Origin: Candidatus Omnitrophota bacterium
GTDB lineage: Bacteria; Omnitrophota; Omnitrophia; Omnitrophales; Aquincolibacteriaceae
NCBI GenBank assembly: GCA_016930235.1
Contig: JAFGHI010000030.1
Coordinates: forward strand, 43,834 to 107,833
DNA length: 64,000 bases
Direction: 5' to 3'
In this document: piece by piece, positions 48,572 through 56,644 of the stretch
How positions within the stretch are numbered: the first letter of the stretch is position 1
Layout: each line of letters begins with the position of its first letter
Position numbers and translations under genes: made by a program
Notes under the pieces: model-generated
Database searches by the model: none
The model's input: the letters and a program-made list of their open reading frames with translations, nothing else
Told to the model about the DNA's origin: nothing

Positions 48572-49555
48572 ATGATGTCTAAAATAATTTCGAATCTCCA
48601 GTATGTCCCGGCCAAGCCAATGCTGCTCGGCCGTATCTTTGTCAACTATCTTTCTCAGATAGTTCTCAGAAGGCCTCTTTTGCGAGTGGTCAATTTTGCT
48701 GTCAATTATGCCTGCCAATTGTCCTGTCAACACTGCTCGGCCGAAGGGATCAAGGATCAGAACGAGGGTCAGGGGAAGTTGACCTTAGACGAGATCAAGA
48801 AATTCTTTAAAGAAGCCGAACAGTGCGGGACAATCAATTATCATTTCACGGGAGGGGAACCTCTGCTTGAGAAGCGGTTTTATGATATTGTTTTACTCAT
48901 CCGAAAAGACAGGAATATCCTGAGTATGGTGACGAATGGTCTATTACTGGCCGAAGAAGCGGGTCGTCTGAAAGATGCAGGTTTTGATTTGATTCAAGTG
49001 AGTATTGACAGCCCTGATCCGGATGTCCATGACAAGATCCGAGGTTATCCAGGGGCTCATCAAAAGTCCTGGGAAGGTGTCGAAGCTGCGCTTGACCAGA
49101 AATTAAAAGTAATGCTTTGCATGGTGGCCACCAATGAGAACCTTGAAAACGGTGAAGTCGAAAAGCAAATTGAGATATGCCGCAAGAAGGGCATTGTCCT
49201 TCAAATTCTTCCGGCCAGGAATGTCGGAAAGTGGGAAGGCGAATCTTCGGCCCTACTTAGCGAAGAAAATAAAACTAAATTTTACAGGCTTGTCCAAGGT
49301 TTTTATGCCCGGTGGGACGGGCAGTCCAGTTATTTTCCTCCCTGCTGTTTGGCCGGAAGAGAGCGTCTCTACATTAGTCCGACAGGCGATGTCTATCCTT
49401 GCGATTTTATCCAGGAATCTTATGGAAATGTCCGAGAAGAAAGTTTGAAAAAGATATGGGAACGCATTTTAAGTACCCATCCTTATCAACAAAAAAACAG
49501 AGAATGCCTAACGGCTTTCAATGAGGAATTCATTCGACGTCCTAAACAATCTTAG
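48572..49555 (+). CDS. Radical SAM protein with SPASM/twitch-type C-terminal domain
   Basis: CQLSCQHC, TGGEPLL, TNG, VSID and C-terminal CLAG...GDVYPC. Confidence 0.9.
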   Translation: MMSKIISNLQYVPAKPMLLGRIFVNYLSQIVLRRPLLRVVNFAVNYACQLSCQHCSAEGIKDQNEGQGKLTLDEIKKFFKEAEQCGTINYHFTGGEPLLEKRFYDIVLLIRKDRNILSMVTNGLLLAEEAGRLKDAGFDLIQVSIDSPDPDVHDKIRGYPGAHQKSWEGVEAALDQKLKVMLCMVATNENLENGEVEKQIEICRKKGIVLQILPARNVGKWEGESSALLSEENKTKFYRLVQGFYARWDGQSSYFPPCCLAGRERLYISPTGDVYPCDFIQESYGNVREESLKKIWERILSTHPYQQKNRECLTAFNEEFIRRPKQS

Positions 49556-49563
49556 CCGGCATT

Positions 49564-50667
49564 TTGTCCGTTGAAAGAGAACCCTTGATGCTGAAATATG
49601 CCTTTGGAGCGTTACGAACGCTCCTTTTTCGAACTCCTTTAAATGTTCGCCTATGGGTGACGATGCGGTGTAATTACCGCTGTCAGACCTGCGGAATTCC
49701 AGAGGTCAAACCAATACCTGAAATGGGGCTAGACGAGTTTGATCAAGTTGCAGCCAATTTATCCCGCCTGGGTGTCAGCCAAGTTGTCCTCACAGGCGGC
49801 GAGGCTTTTTTAAGGAGTGATATTGTCGAAATTATTCGTTTGTTCGCGGATCGTCATTTTATTGTCCGGATTCAAACGAACGGAGGAGCGCATGTGACCG
49901 AAGATCTGCTCCGCAGAAGTTATAAGGCCGGTCTTCAGGACATCGGGATTTCGCTGGATACTTTGGATGAAGAGGCCTATGACAAATTTTGTGGGACAAA
50001 AGATGCGGTGAAAAACGCTTTACGTGTCCTCAGGTTATGTTTATCAAAATACCCCAGCCGTGGCGTCATCAGCGCCAATGTTGTCATCTCGAAAAAGAAT
50101 TTCTATGATTTACCCGCCATGATGGATTTTGTCCAGGATTTGGGGGCCTGTTTTGTGCCTTGTATCATGACCGGAAAATTCTCCGAGCTTGGGAAAAGTG
50201 AGCCAGATTATTTTCAGAGTTTTGGCCTACCTGATTTATATCAAGCAGATCCGAGTCGAGCGGAACAAATCTTTGCCGAAATCGATACACGGGTCCAGAA
50301 AGGTTATCGGATCTTGACGACCTCCCGGATTTGGGATGACCTAAGACGCTATATGAGGACAGGAGATTGCCGATGGCGTTGTTTAGCAGGAGAGATTTCT
50401 TTTGATATTACTCCGGACGGAGCCATTGCACCTTGCAGTGATACCCTTCAGGCCGCTTATGAACAGCCTGTCCTGAATGCTAAAAGCAGTGATTTTATTG
50501 AACGATTTAAGGGTTCCGGATATAGGGAGAAATGCCGGTCCTACCAGAATGAATGCCAGGGATGCCTCTACGGCTGTTACCGGGATCCTTTTTATTTAGT
50601 GACTGATCTTCGCATCCCTTTTGAGGTTTTTTTAAAATCCATTCGGTTTAAAAAGTTTCTTCATTGA
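49564..50667 (+). CDS. Radical SAM protein with SPASM-like domain
   Basis: CNYRCQTC, TGGEAF, TNG, CLAG...GAIAPC...CQGCLYGC; start could be ATG 49588. Confidence 0.9.
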   Translation: MSVEREPLMLKYAFGALRTLLFRTPLNVRLWVTMRCNYRCQTCGIPEVKPIPEMGLDEFDQVAANLSRLGVSQVVLTGGEAFLRSDIVEIIRLFADRHFIVRIQTNGGAHVTEDLLRRSYKAGLQDIGISLDTLDEEAYDKFCGTKDAVKNALRVLRLCLSKYPSRGVISANVVISKKNFYDLPAMMDFVQDLGACFVPCIMTGKFSELGKSEPDYFQSFGLPDLYQADPSRAEQIFAEIDTRVQKGYRILTTSRIWDDLRRYMRTGDCRWRCLAGEISFDITPDGAIAPCSDTLQAAYEQPVLNAKSSDFIERFKGSGYREKCRSYQNECQGCLYGCYRDPFYLVTDLRIPFEVFLKSIRFKKFLH

Positions 50668-50668
50668 T

Positions 50669-50851
50669 ATGAGAAAAACTTTTTTGGGGCTCCTTTTCAT
50701 TGTCGCGCTGCACGCGGTTTACACGTTTCGCGCCTTTCCTGTCTTGGATTTGGCGTTTTCGACGCCCCTCCTGAGCATTGATTACGGAACTCATTATTTT
50801 CAAACTCGGCAAACCTTAGGATTCGAGAAGATACGAATTTATCTCTCATGA
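50669..50851 (+). pseudogene. Internally deleted remnant of a third paralog of the downstream membrane proteins
   Basis: First ~50 aa align with the paralog N-termini (FPV.DL..TPLL..D...H..QT.Q.L); last residues GFEKIRI resemble the paralog C-termini GYDTIRI and GYARIRI. Confidence 0.7.
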
Positions 50852-52722
50852 AAAAAACGATTCTTTTGCTGCTTTTACTCGTTCTTGCGCAAGGATTATT
50901 TATTTATCGAGTATTTCCCGTTTATCAATTGGATCCCGGGACGCCGATTTTGATTAATGACTTTTCGATTCATCATTATCAAACCGAGCAGATGCTCTAT
51001 TTATTGAAACATTTCGGCAAGGTTTCGGGGTACGATCCTTTCTTTATGGCGGGTTATCCCGGCGTTGTGGTGAATTTGACGGATAATTACGGAGTGGCTT
51101 TCACCCTTGGTTTGTTGTCGATGTGGCTTCCTTTGGCGATTGCCGAAAAGTTATTTCTTATCGGCATGCTGTTCCTATTTCCCATTATTATTTATCTGGC
51201 AGCCGTTTGCTTAGGGCTGAGCCGGTCTCAGAGTTTTTTAGCCGGGATCCTGTTAGTCGTGGTGATGCAATATCATGAGTATTACCGGTCTTTGATGAAC
51301 TGGGGGCTTTATAGCTTTGTGATCTCTATCTTTCTATCGATCCTTTGGTTTTCGCTGATTGTCCGGTATTTTAAAGAACGAAGTCGGAGAAAATGGCTGG
51401 CCGCGCTTCTGGTGGGGGCTTATACCGTATCGGTTCATCCGCTTTCGGTGCCCATGTTTTTGAGCTTCCTTGGACCGTATCTTATCTTCGATGCCAAGAA
51501 ATTGACACGCCGCTTCTTTAACGGTCTTTTGGTGATGATGCTGTTAATCGTTCTGGCCAACAGTTATTGGATCGTCCCGTTATTGCTTCACAGCGGTTAT
51601 TATCATCAGGAAGCGATCTATCAAAAGGCGTTTGGGTTTGAAAAATTCATCAAAGATTTAATGAGTGTTGACCAAGCCATCTTTCATATCCTGATGGTCC
51701 TATCCGTGATCGGAACGCTTATTTCATTGCGAAAGAAAAAAATAGAAGCTCCGGTCGTCCTGGCTCTTTGGTGTGCCTTTTTTATTTTCTACGGCATCAG
51801 TTATTTCGGGGAACATTCGCTGGTTCAGAATTACTTTTCACATATCGAACCCGCAAGGTTTATCACCGCGGCTGTTTTTTTGATCCCGCTCTTGACGGTT
51901 TATGGGATCTCCGGTTGGGGGGAGGAGCGGATCCGGAATCTAGCTGTTCTCTTGATCTTCTCGATGATCGCGATGCAGGCATATTGCTTAAGTTCGATTC
52001 AACATCAGGATAACTGTACGGCAAGTCGTATCAAGAGGGTTCTGTGCGGGAACATGTGCCAACCGACGGAATGGGGAAAGGATATTATGGCTGAAGGAGG
52101 AGACAGGCTCGTGCGTCGAATTCGCGAGGTCACAGATCCGAGTGCGCGAATCTTATTGGAAGATCACATTTGGGACTTTGTGTATTGGGATTCACGTTTA
52201 CCGGCTTTAATGTCGATGCTAACAGAGCGAAGCTATATCGGGGGCCCTTTCCCGCACTTGTCGACAAAATATAATTTTGCGAACTTCTCAAGCGGGATGA
52301 TCTTTGGAAGGGCCATCCAGGAGATCCCGATCGGTGAGTTGATGGAGTATATGAAGCTCTACAATGTCGGATGGGCTGTTATTCATAGCCCCGAGGCCAC
52401 TCGATATTTTCAAATGCATGGAGTTCGATTCCGGTTTCTCGGCAAGGTACCGGGCCCCGAGGGGTGGGAGTTTAGATTTTATCGAGTAGCCTCTGAGAGG
52501 AATTATTTTGTTCGAGGCAAGGGCAAGGTTACGATGGAATGGAACGAATTAAAATTATCCGGATTAAGTGAGGGTGAAATTATTTTAAAGTTTCATTACG
52601 CAAGGGACCTTCGGACGAAGCCGCCCGTTTTAATCCAAAAGGTCGATTATTTGGATGATCCCATGGGGTTTATCAGATTGGAGAACCGTGAGGGCTATGA
52701 CACGATCCGGATTACTCAATGA
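50848..52722 (+). CDS. Polytopic membrane protein, probable GT-C-fold glycosyltransferase-like, with soluble C-terminal domain
   Basis: First TM, then loop with D...H and GYDPFFMAGYP, then many hydrophobic segments and a soluble tail (ARILLED, YNVGW). Family call is inference. Confidence 0.65.
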   Translation: MKKTILLLLLLVLAQGLFIYRVFPVYQLDPGTPILINDFSIHHYQTEQMLYLLKHFGKVSGYDPFFMAGYPGVVVNLTDNYGVAFTLGLLSMWLPLAIAEKLFLIGMLFLFPIIIYLAAVCLGLSRSQSFLAGILLVVVMQYHEYYRSLMNWGLYSFVISIFLSILWFSLIVRYFKERSRRKWLAALLVGAYTVSVHPLSVPMFLSFLGPYLIFDAKKLTRRFFNGLLVMMLLIVLANSYWIVPLLLHSGYYHQEAIYQKAFGFEKFIKDLMSVDQAIFHILMVLSVIGTLISLRKKKIEAPVVLALWCAFFIFYGISYFGEHSLVQNYFSHIEPARFITAAVFLIPLLTVYGISGWGEERIRNLAVLLIFSMIAMQAYCLSSIQHQDNCTASRIKRVLCGNMCQPTEWGKDIMAEGGDRLVRRIREVTDPSARILLEDHIWDFVYWDSRLPALMSMLTERSYIGGPFPHLSTKYNFANFSSGMIFGRAIQEIPIGELMEYMKLYNVGWAVIHSPEATRYFQMHGVRFRFLGKVPGPEGWEFRFYRVASERNYFVRGKGKVTMEWNELKLSGLSEGEIILKFHYARDLRTKPPVLIQKVDYLDDPMGFIRLENREGYDTIRITQ

Positions 52723-54616
52723 AATAAAACCGCCTAAAGTGTCAGCGATCTTCATGATCGTTCTCCTGATGGGTTTGCAGATTATCTTTGTGGTGAAGGT
52801 TTTCCCGGTGCAGAAACTTGATCTTCAAACGCCGATCTTAACCCATGACATGGCTTTCCATCATTATCAGACGCAACAGGCACTTTATTTGCTGAAACAT
52901 TTCGGCAAAACTTGGGGATATGATCCTTTTTACATGGCCGGTTATCCCACGGCGGTCGTGAATATGACGGATAATTTCGGGGCTGCCTTTGCGGTCGGAT
53001 TTCTTGCGTTTTTTCTGCCCTTGGCTTTGGCCGAAAAGGTTTTTCTGTTGGGGATAATGATTTTATTTCCCGTATGGATCTTTTGGGCAGCTAAAAATTT
53101 CGGATGCAGCGACCAGGAATCCTTCCTTTCAGGAATAATAGTGACATTGGTTTTACAACATCATCCTTTCTATGTCAGCATGATGAACTGGGGACTCTAT
53201 AGTTTTGTGCTTGCGGCGGCATTCTCGGTATGTTGTTTTTCGCTCATCGTTCGTTTTGTTGAAAGGCAGGATAATAGGGCTTGGTTATGGATGACCATCC
53301 TCGGGAGCTATCTGGTGTCGGTTCATCCGCTTTCGGTGCCGCTCCTTTTTTTGTTTCTCATACCGTATCTTATTCTTTCGAAAGAGGCTTGCCAGTTTAA
53401 TAATTTGATTCGAATAACGGCATCTTTTCTCGTGATGTTTTTCATGAACTTATACTGGATCTTGCCCCTTCTAAAGGCAAGCCCTCTGTACAAGCATGTC
53501 CCGACATATGTTCAGGCATTCGGAATAGAACAGTGGATGGCGGATGTCAAAGATTTGAAGCTTGTCCTCTTCCATGTATTTGCCCTCATCGGTGTCATGG
53601 CACCTATTTTTGTGTGCAAATCAGAAAAAACAAGCCGAAATTGGGTCTTATCGCTGGGGACGGCCTTCATGATCTTTTATGGTTTATCTTATTTTGGGTT
53701 TTACGGGCCTTTCAAATATTCATTAGCCCATATTGAACCGGGGCGGTTCATCGTTGTCGCCATATTTGTGATTCCCTTGCTATCGGCTGTGACCCTAAGC
53801 GAAATTGCCCGGAGCCATATTCGGAAAATGAATATATTGTTAATTGCTTTTGTTTTTTTGTCCCAACTGTTTTGTCTTTATTCCGCGGGAAAGATCAAGA
53901 AAGGGGATTTTATTTATCAAAAATGCGATCTATTGTTTTGTTCGAGTTATCGTGAGCATTCAAGATGGGGAGACGATGTCATGGCCGAGGGCGGCCAGGC
54001 TTTAGTGGATGCGATTAAACAATACACCGATTCTTCTGCCCGTATCTTATTGGAAGATCACACATGGGCTTGGGCTTATTGGGAATCGAGATTGCCGGCA
54101 TTGTTGGCGGGATTGACCGGACGGGAGTATATCGGAGGCCCGCTTAATCTTAGGATCCAACATCAGTTCGCGCATTTTGAAATCGGGAAATTATTTGGCC
54201 GATCTATTTTAAGTCTTCCGGTTGCGAAATTCTTAGATTATGTAAGGCTCTATAATATCGGCTGGGCTGTCATCCATAGTGATGAAGCCAAAATGTATGT
54301 CAGGCGGCATCCGAAAAGGTTTACCTACTTAACAAGTCTACAAGGCGCTTACGGTATAAGATTTGATCTTTATCGGATCGCAAATCATGAATCTTATTTT
54401 GTTAAGGGTGAAGGTAAAATCGAGCGTGTCGGATGGAACGAGATTGTCCTGAGCAATCTATCCAAGGGACCCGTAGTCATCAAGTATCACTACTTTGAGG
54501 GTTTGAAGACGGATCCAAAGGTGGAAATATCCCGAGTAGAAGTTTTGGATGACCCTATAGGATTTATCTCATTAGATAATTCGAAAGGGTATGCCCGGAT
54601 TCGTATAACCACATAA
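52697..54616 (+). CDS. Paralogous polytopic membrane protein (GT-C-like)
   Basis: Shares GYDPFYMAGYP, MNWGLYSFV, VSVHPLSVP, HIEP.RF, MAEGG, ARILLEDH and DDP.GFI with the upstream gene; start uncertain. Confidence 0.7.
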   Translation: MTRSGLLNEIKPPKVSAIFMIVLLMGLQIIFVVKVFPVQKLDLQTPILTHDMAFHHYQTQQALYLLKHFGKTWGYDPFYMAGYPTAVVNMTDNFGAAFAVGFLAFFLPLALAEKVFLLGIMILFPVWIFWAAKNFGCSDQESFLSGIIVTLVLQHHPFYVSMMNWGLYSFVLAAAFSVCCFSLIVRFVERQDNRAWLWMTILGSYLVSVHPLSVPLLFLFLIPYLILSKEACQFNNLIRITASFLVMFFMNLYWILPLLKASPLYKHVPTYVQAFGIEQWMADVKDLKLVLFHVFALIGVMAPIFVCKSEKTSRNWVLSLGTAFMIFYGLSYFGFYGPFKYSLAHIEPGRFIVVAIFVIPLLSAVTLSEIARSHIRKMNILLIAFVFLSQLFCLYSAGKIKKGDFIYQKCDLLFCSSYREHSRWGDDVMAEGGQALVDAIKQYTDSSARILLEDHTWAWAYWESRLPALLAGLTGREYIGGPLNLRIQHQFAHFEIGKLFGRSILSLPVAKFLDYVRLYNIGWAVIHSDEAKMYVRRHPKRFTYLTSLQGAYGIRFDLYRIANHESYFVKGEGKIERVGWNEIVLSNLSKGPVVIKYHYFEGLKTDPKVEISRVEVLDDPIGFISLDNSKGYARIRITT

Positions 54617-54713
54617 AATTAAGGTATCAGTTCAAAATCGCGACAATAAGTAACATTCCTATCATCGACACCTGAATCATCCAATGCCCAAAGAAAAAAC
54701 GAATGGACGATTA

Positions 54714-54742
54714 TTGACATTTCAAACATCGTATGGTATATT
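54714..54742 (+). promoter_or_regulatory. Near-consensus sigma70 promoter with extended -10
   Basis: TTGACA (54714-54719), 17-nt spacer, TATATT (54737-54742) preceded by TGg. Confidence 0.75.
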
Positions 54743-54754
54743 TTAAGCATTATA

Positions 54755-54784
54755 AATGTATTATAAAGTAATTTATAATACATT
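54755..54784. repeat. 13-bp perfect inverted repeat with GTAA spacer
   Basis: AATGTATTATAAA-GTAA-TTTATAATACATT read directly from the sequence. Confidence 0.9.
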
Positions 54785-54844
54785 GTGTCGATCGTAAAGT
54801 TGAAAATTTAGAGTTTTCCTCCGCGGGTGAGGGAGTGCTGAAGA

Positions 54845-54950
54845 CTAAAGATCATCTCTTTAGAGGAAGGCATTTCCTCTCCCCTTTTTAGAGTGTAGTC
54901 GGATCTTTGCATGAAGGCCGACTGTTGCCGGTTGAAAAGAAGTGGAGAGG
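54845..54950 (+). promoter_or_regulatory. Candidate structured 5' leader with alternative anti-SD pairing
   Basis: Complementary pairs: CTAAAGA/TCTTTAG, AGAGGAA/TTCCTCT, AGTCGG/CCGACT, and CCTCTCC with the SD-like GGAGAGG. Confidence 0.4.
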
Positions 54951-54961
54951 GAATTCAAAGA

Positions 54962-55138
54962 ATGGGGTTAACGGCAATGTCACGAAATATCAGAAAAGTC
55001 ATCTCATTGATTTCGAATCTGTATCGATTGGAAAAGAAACTCACCGAGATAAAGTCCAAATGCGTCAATAAAAAAGAAGGCAAATGCACGATGGAATTTC
55101 TCGGCGATAACTATCCCGTCTTCGGTCATCTATCATAG
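54962..55138 (+). CDS. Small basic hypothetical protein (58 aa)
   Basis: ATG lies 11 nt after GGAGAGG; flanked by a promoter and a terminator-like hairpin. No recognisable family. Confidence 0.4.
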   Translation: MGLTAMSRNIRKVISLISNLYRLEKKLTEIKSKCVNKKEGKCTMEFLGDNYPVFGHLS

Positions 55139-55161
55139 TTTAAAATTGGGACGGCAATCCG

Positions 55162-55207
55162 GGGTTAGAAATCGATGGAGTATAGGCCTTGATTTCTAAC
55201 CCTTTTT
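55162..55207 (+). terminator. Intrinsic terminator-like hairpin
   Basis: 12-bp perfect stem GGGTTAGAAATC/GATTTCTAACCC, 17-nt loop, then TTTTT. Confidence 0.6.
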
Positions 55208-55463
55208 CTTTGCAGCCCCAAAAGTTATCCGAAGATATCATCCCGATAGGACCGAGGATGCTATGGCCGAGAGTGACGGCATCTATGGGTTCTATTCTGT
55301 AAACCCCTGAGAGAGTAAGGGATTGAGAAGAAAGTCTCGATGAGTCAATAAAATACTGAATAAGTCGATGATATAGAGGATAGATTCGAAGCATTGATGG
55401 GGAGGAAAAGAAGTTTAAACCGCAAGAGTATGAACAAAGTGTCCGGACGAAAGGGGGATCTCA

Positions 55464-55646
55464 TTGCTTGAATCGGTTACGGATTCCATAGGGCAAATAG
55501 TCAATCAGCTGACGGAAATATTCAGAAGTACCGTTAGTTACCTGGGATATAACTATGGGTTAACAGAGGGGCAAAGCAACGCTTTGATAATGGGAATCCT
55601 GGGGATTTTGATCTTTATCATTCTCAGGAGCTTTTGGGGGAAATAG
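55464..55646 (+). CDS. Small membrane protein (60 aa)
   Basis: AAGGGGGA SD before TTG; C-terminal hydrophobic helix; 9-bp hairpin GGGAAATAG/CTATTTCCC over the stop codon. Confidence 0.55.
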   Translation: MLESVTDSIGQIVNQLTEIFRSTVSYLGYNYGLTEGQSNALIMGILGILIFIILRSFWGK

Positions 55647-55767
55647 CCTGCTATTTCCCTGGGGTGCGCCGCTCTTTCCCTAGATTCAGAAAATTCCTTC
55701 CGCAGTCGGGTTAAACTAGCCAATTCATTCCTAACATGTTACAATGCAATTCTTTAAGGAGGAAATT

Positions 55768-56049
55768 GTGCCTACCTACGAATATATTTGCGATCATTGC
55801 GAACATGAATTCGAGCTGTTTCAATCGATGAAAGATAAGCCGGTTAAGAAATGCCCTTCTTGCGGGAATCTAAAGGCAAGAAGACTGATCGGACGGGGAG
55901 CCGGGATTCTATTTAAGGGAAGCGGTTTTTACCAAACGGATTATCGATCCAAAGGTTATCGTGAAAAATCAAAGGAGGAAAAATCCGGAAAGAGCCCTTC
56001 GAAGTGTTCTCCGGACTCATGTCCTTCATGTCCTCATGCGAAATCCTGA
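55768..56049 (+). CDS. FmdB-family zinc ribbon protein
   Basis: TAAGGAGG SD then GTG start; MPTYEYICDHC..CPSC..FKGSGFYQTDY. Confidence 0.9.
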   Translation: MPTYEYICDHCEHEFELFQSMKDKPVKKCPSCGNLKARRLIGRGAGILFKGSGFYQTDYRSKGYREKSKEEKSGKSPSKCSPDSCPSCPHAKS

Positions 56050-56100
56050 GGGATTCAATTTTCTCCATTTGAATCCAACGATGCTTATAAGGAAAACAAG

Positions 56101-56637
56101 ATGAAACCAGGAATTTATATCCCCATCGTATTTATTGCCTTTTCATTCATCATTCCAGAGTCCAGAGGAGAAACGGCTATGAAGATTACGAGCACGGCAT
56201 TTCAAGACGGAGAAATGATTCCGGTTCAATATACCTGCGATGGCGAGGATGTATCACCTCCGCTTGAGTGGCAGGATATTCCGTACGGGACTGAAAGTTT
56301 GGCCTTAATCTCGGATGATCCTGATGCCCCCATGGGGACTTGGGTCCACTGGGTGATTTATAATATTCCCGCATCCGTGGCCAATCTGCCCAAGGGAATG
56401 CCCCGGACAGGTAAATTGATGAACGGTGAAAGGCAGGGAACGACCGATTTCGGCCGCGTTGGATATGGGGGGCCGTGTCCTCCCGGAGGTACCCATCGTT
56501 ACTATTTTAAACTTTACGCCTTAGACCGGGGGTTGGATCTTAAACCCGGAATTACCAAGGAAGAACTTTTGAAGGCGATGGACGGTCATATTTTAGCCGA
56601 GGCCCAGTTGATGGGCCGATACGAGCGGTCACGATAA
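56101..56637 (+). CDS. YbhB/YbcL (PEBP/Raf kinase inhibitor-like) protein
   Basis: SPPLEW, DDPDAP, WVHW, GPCPP and HRYYFKLYALD motifs. Confidence 0.92.
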   Translation: MKPGIYIPIVFIAFSFIIPESRGETAMKITSTAFQDGEMIPVQYTCDGEDVSPPLEWQDIPYGTESLALISDDPDAPMGTWVHWVIYNIPASVANLPKGMPRTGKLMNGERQGTTDFGRVGYGGPCPPGGTHRYYFKLYALDRGLDLKPGITKEELLKAMDGHILAEAQLMGRYERSR

Positions 56638-56644
56638 GATTTTA

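Noticed and set aside
50669-50851. RiPP precursor peptide for the radical SAM/SPASM enzymes
   Set aside because: It is homologous to the ends of the neighbouring membrane proteins, so it is better explained as a deletion remnant.
55140-55394. 84-aa minus-strand ORF
   Set aside because: No convincing SD or family motif, and it runs through the terminator-like hairpin; probably spurious.
54800-55460. Known RNAs (tmRNA, RNase P, lysine, glycine, fluoride or c-di-GMP riboswitches) in the long intergenic region
   Set aside because: Only short fragments resemble them (GCTGAAG, GACTGT, GATGGAGT, GAGGAAA); full signature motifs are absent by eye.
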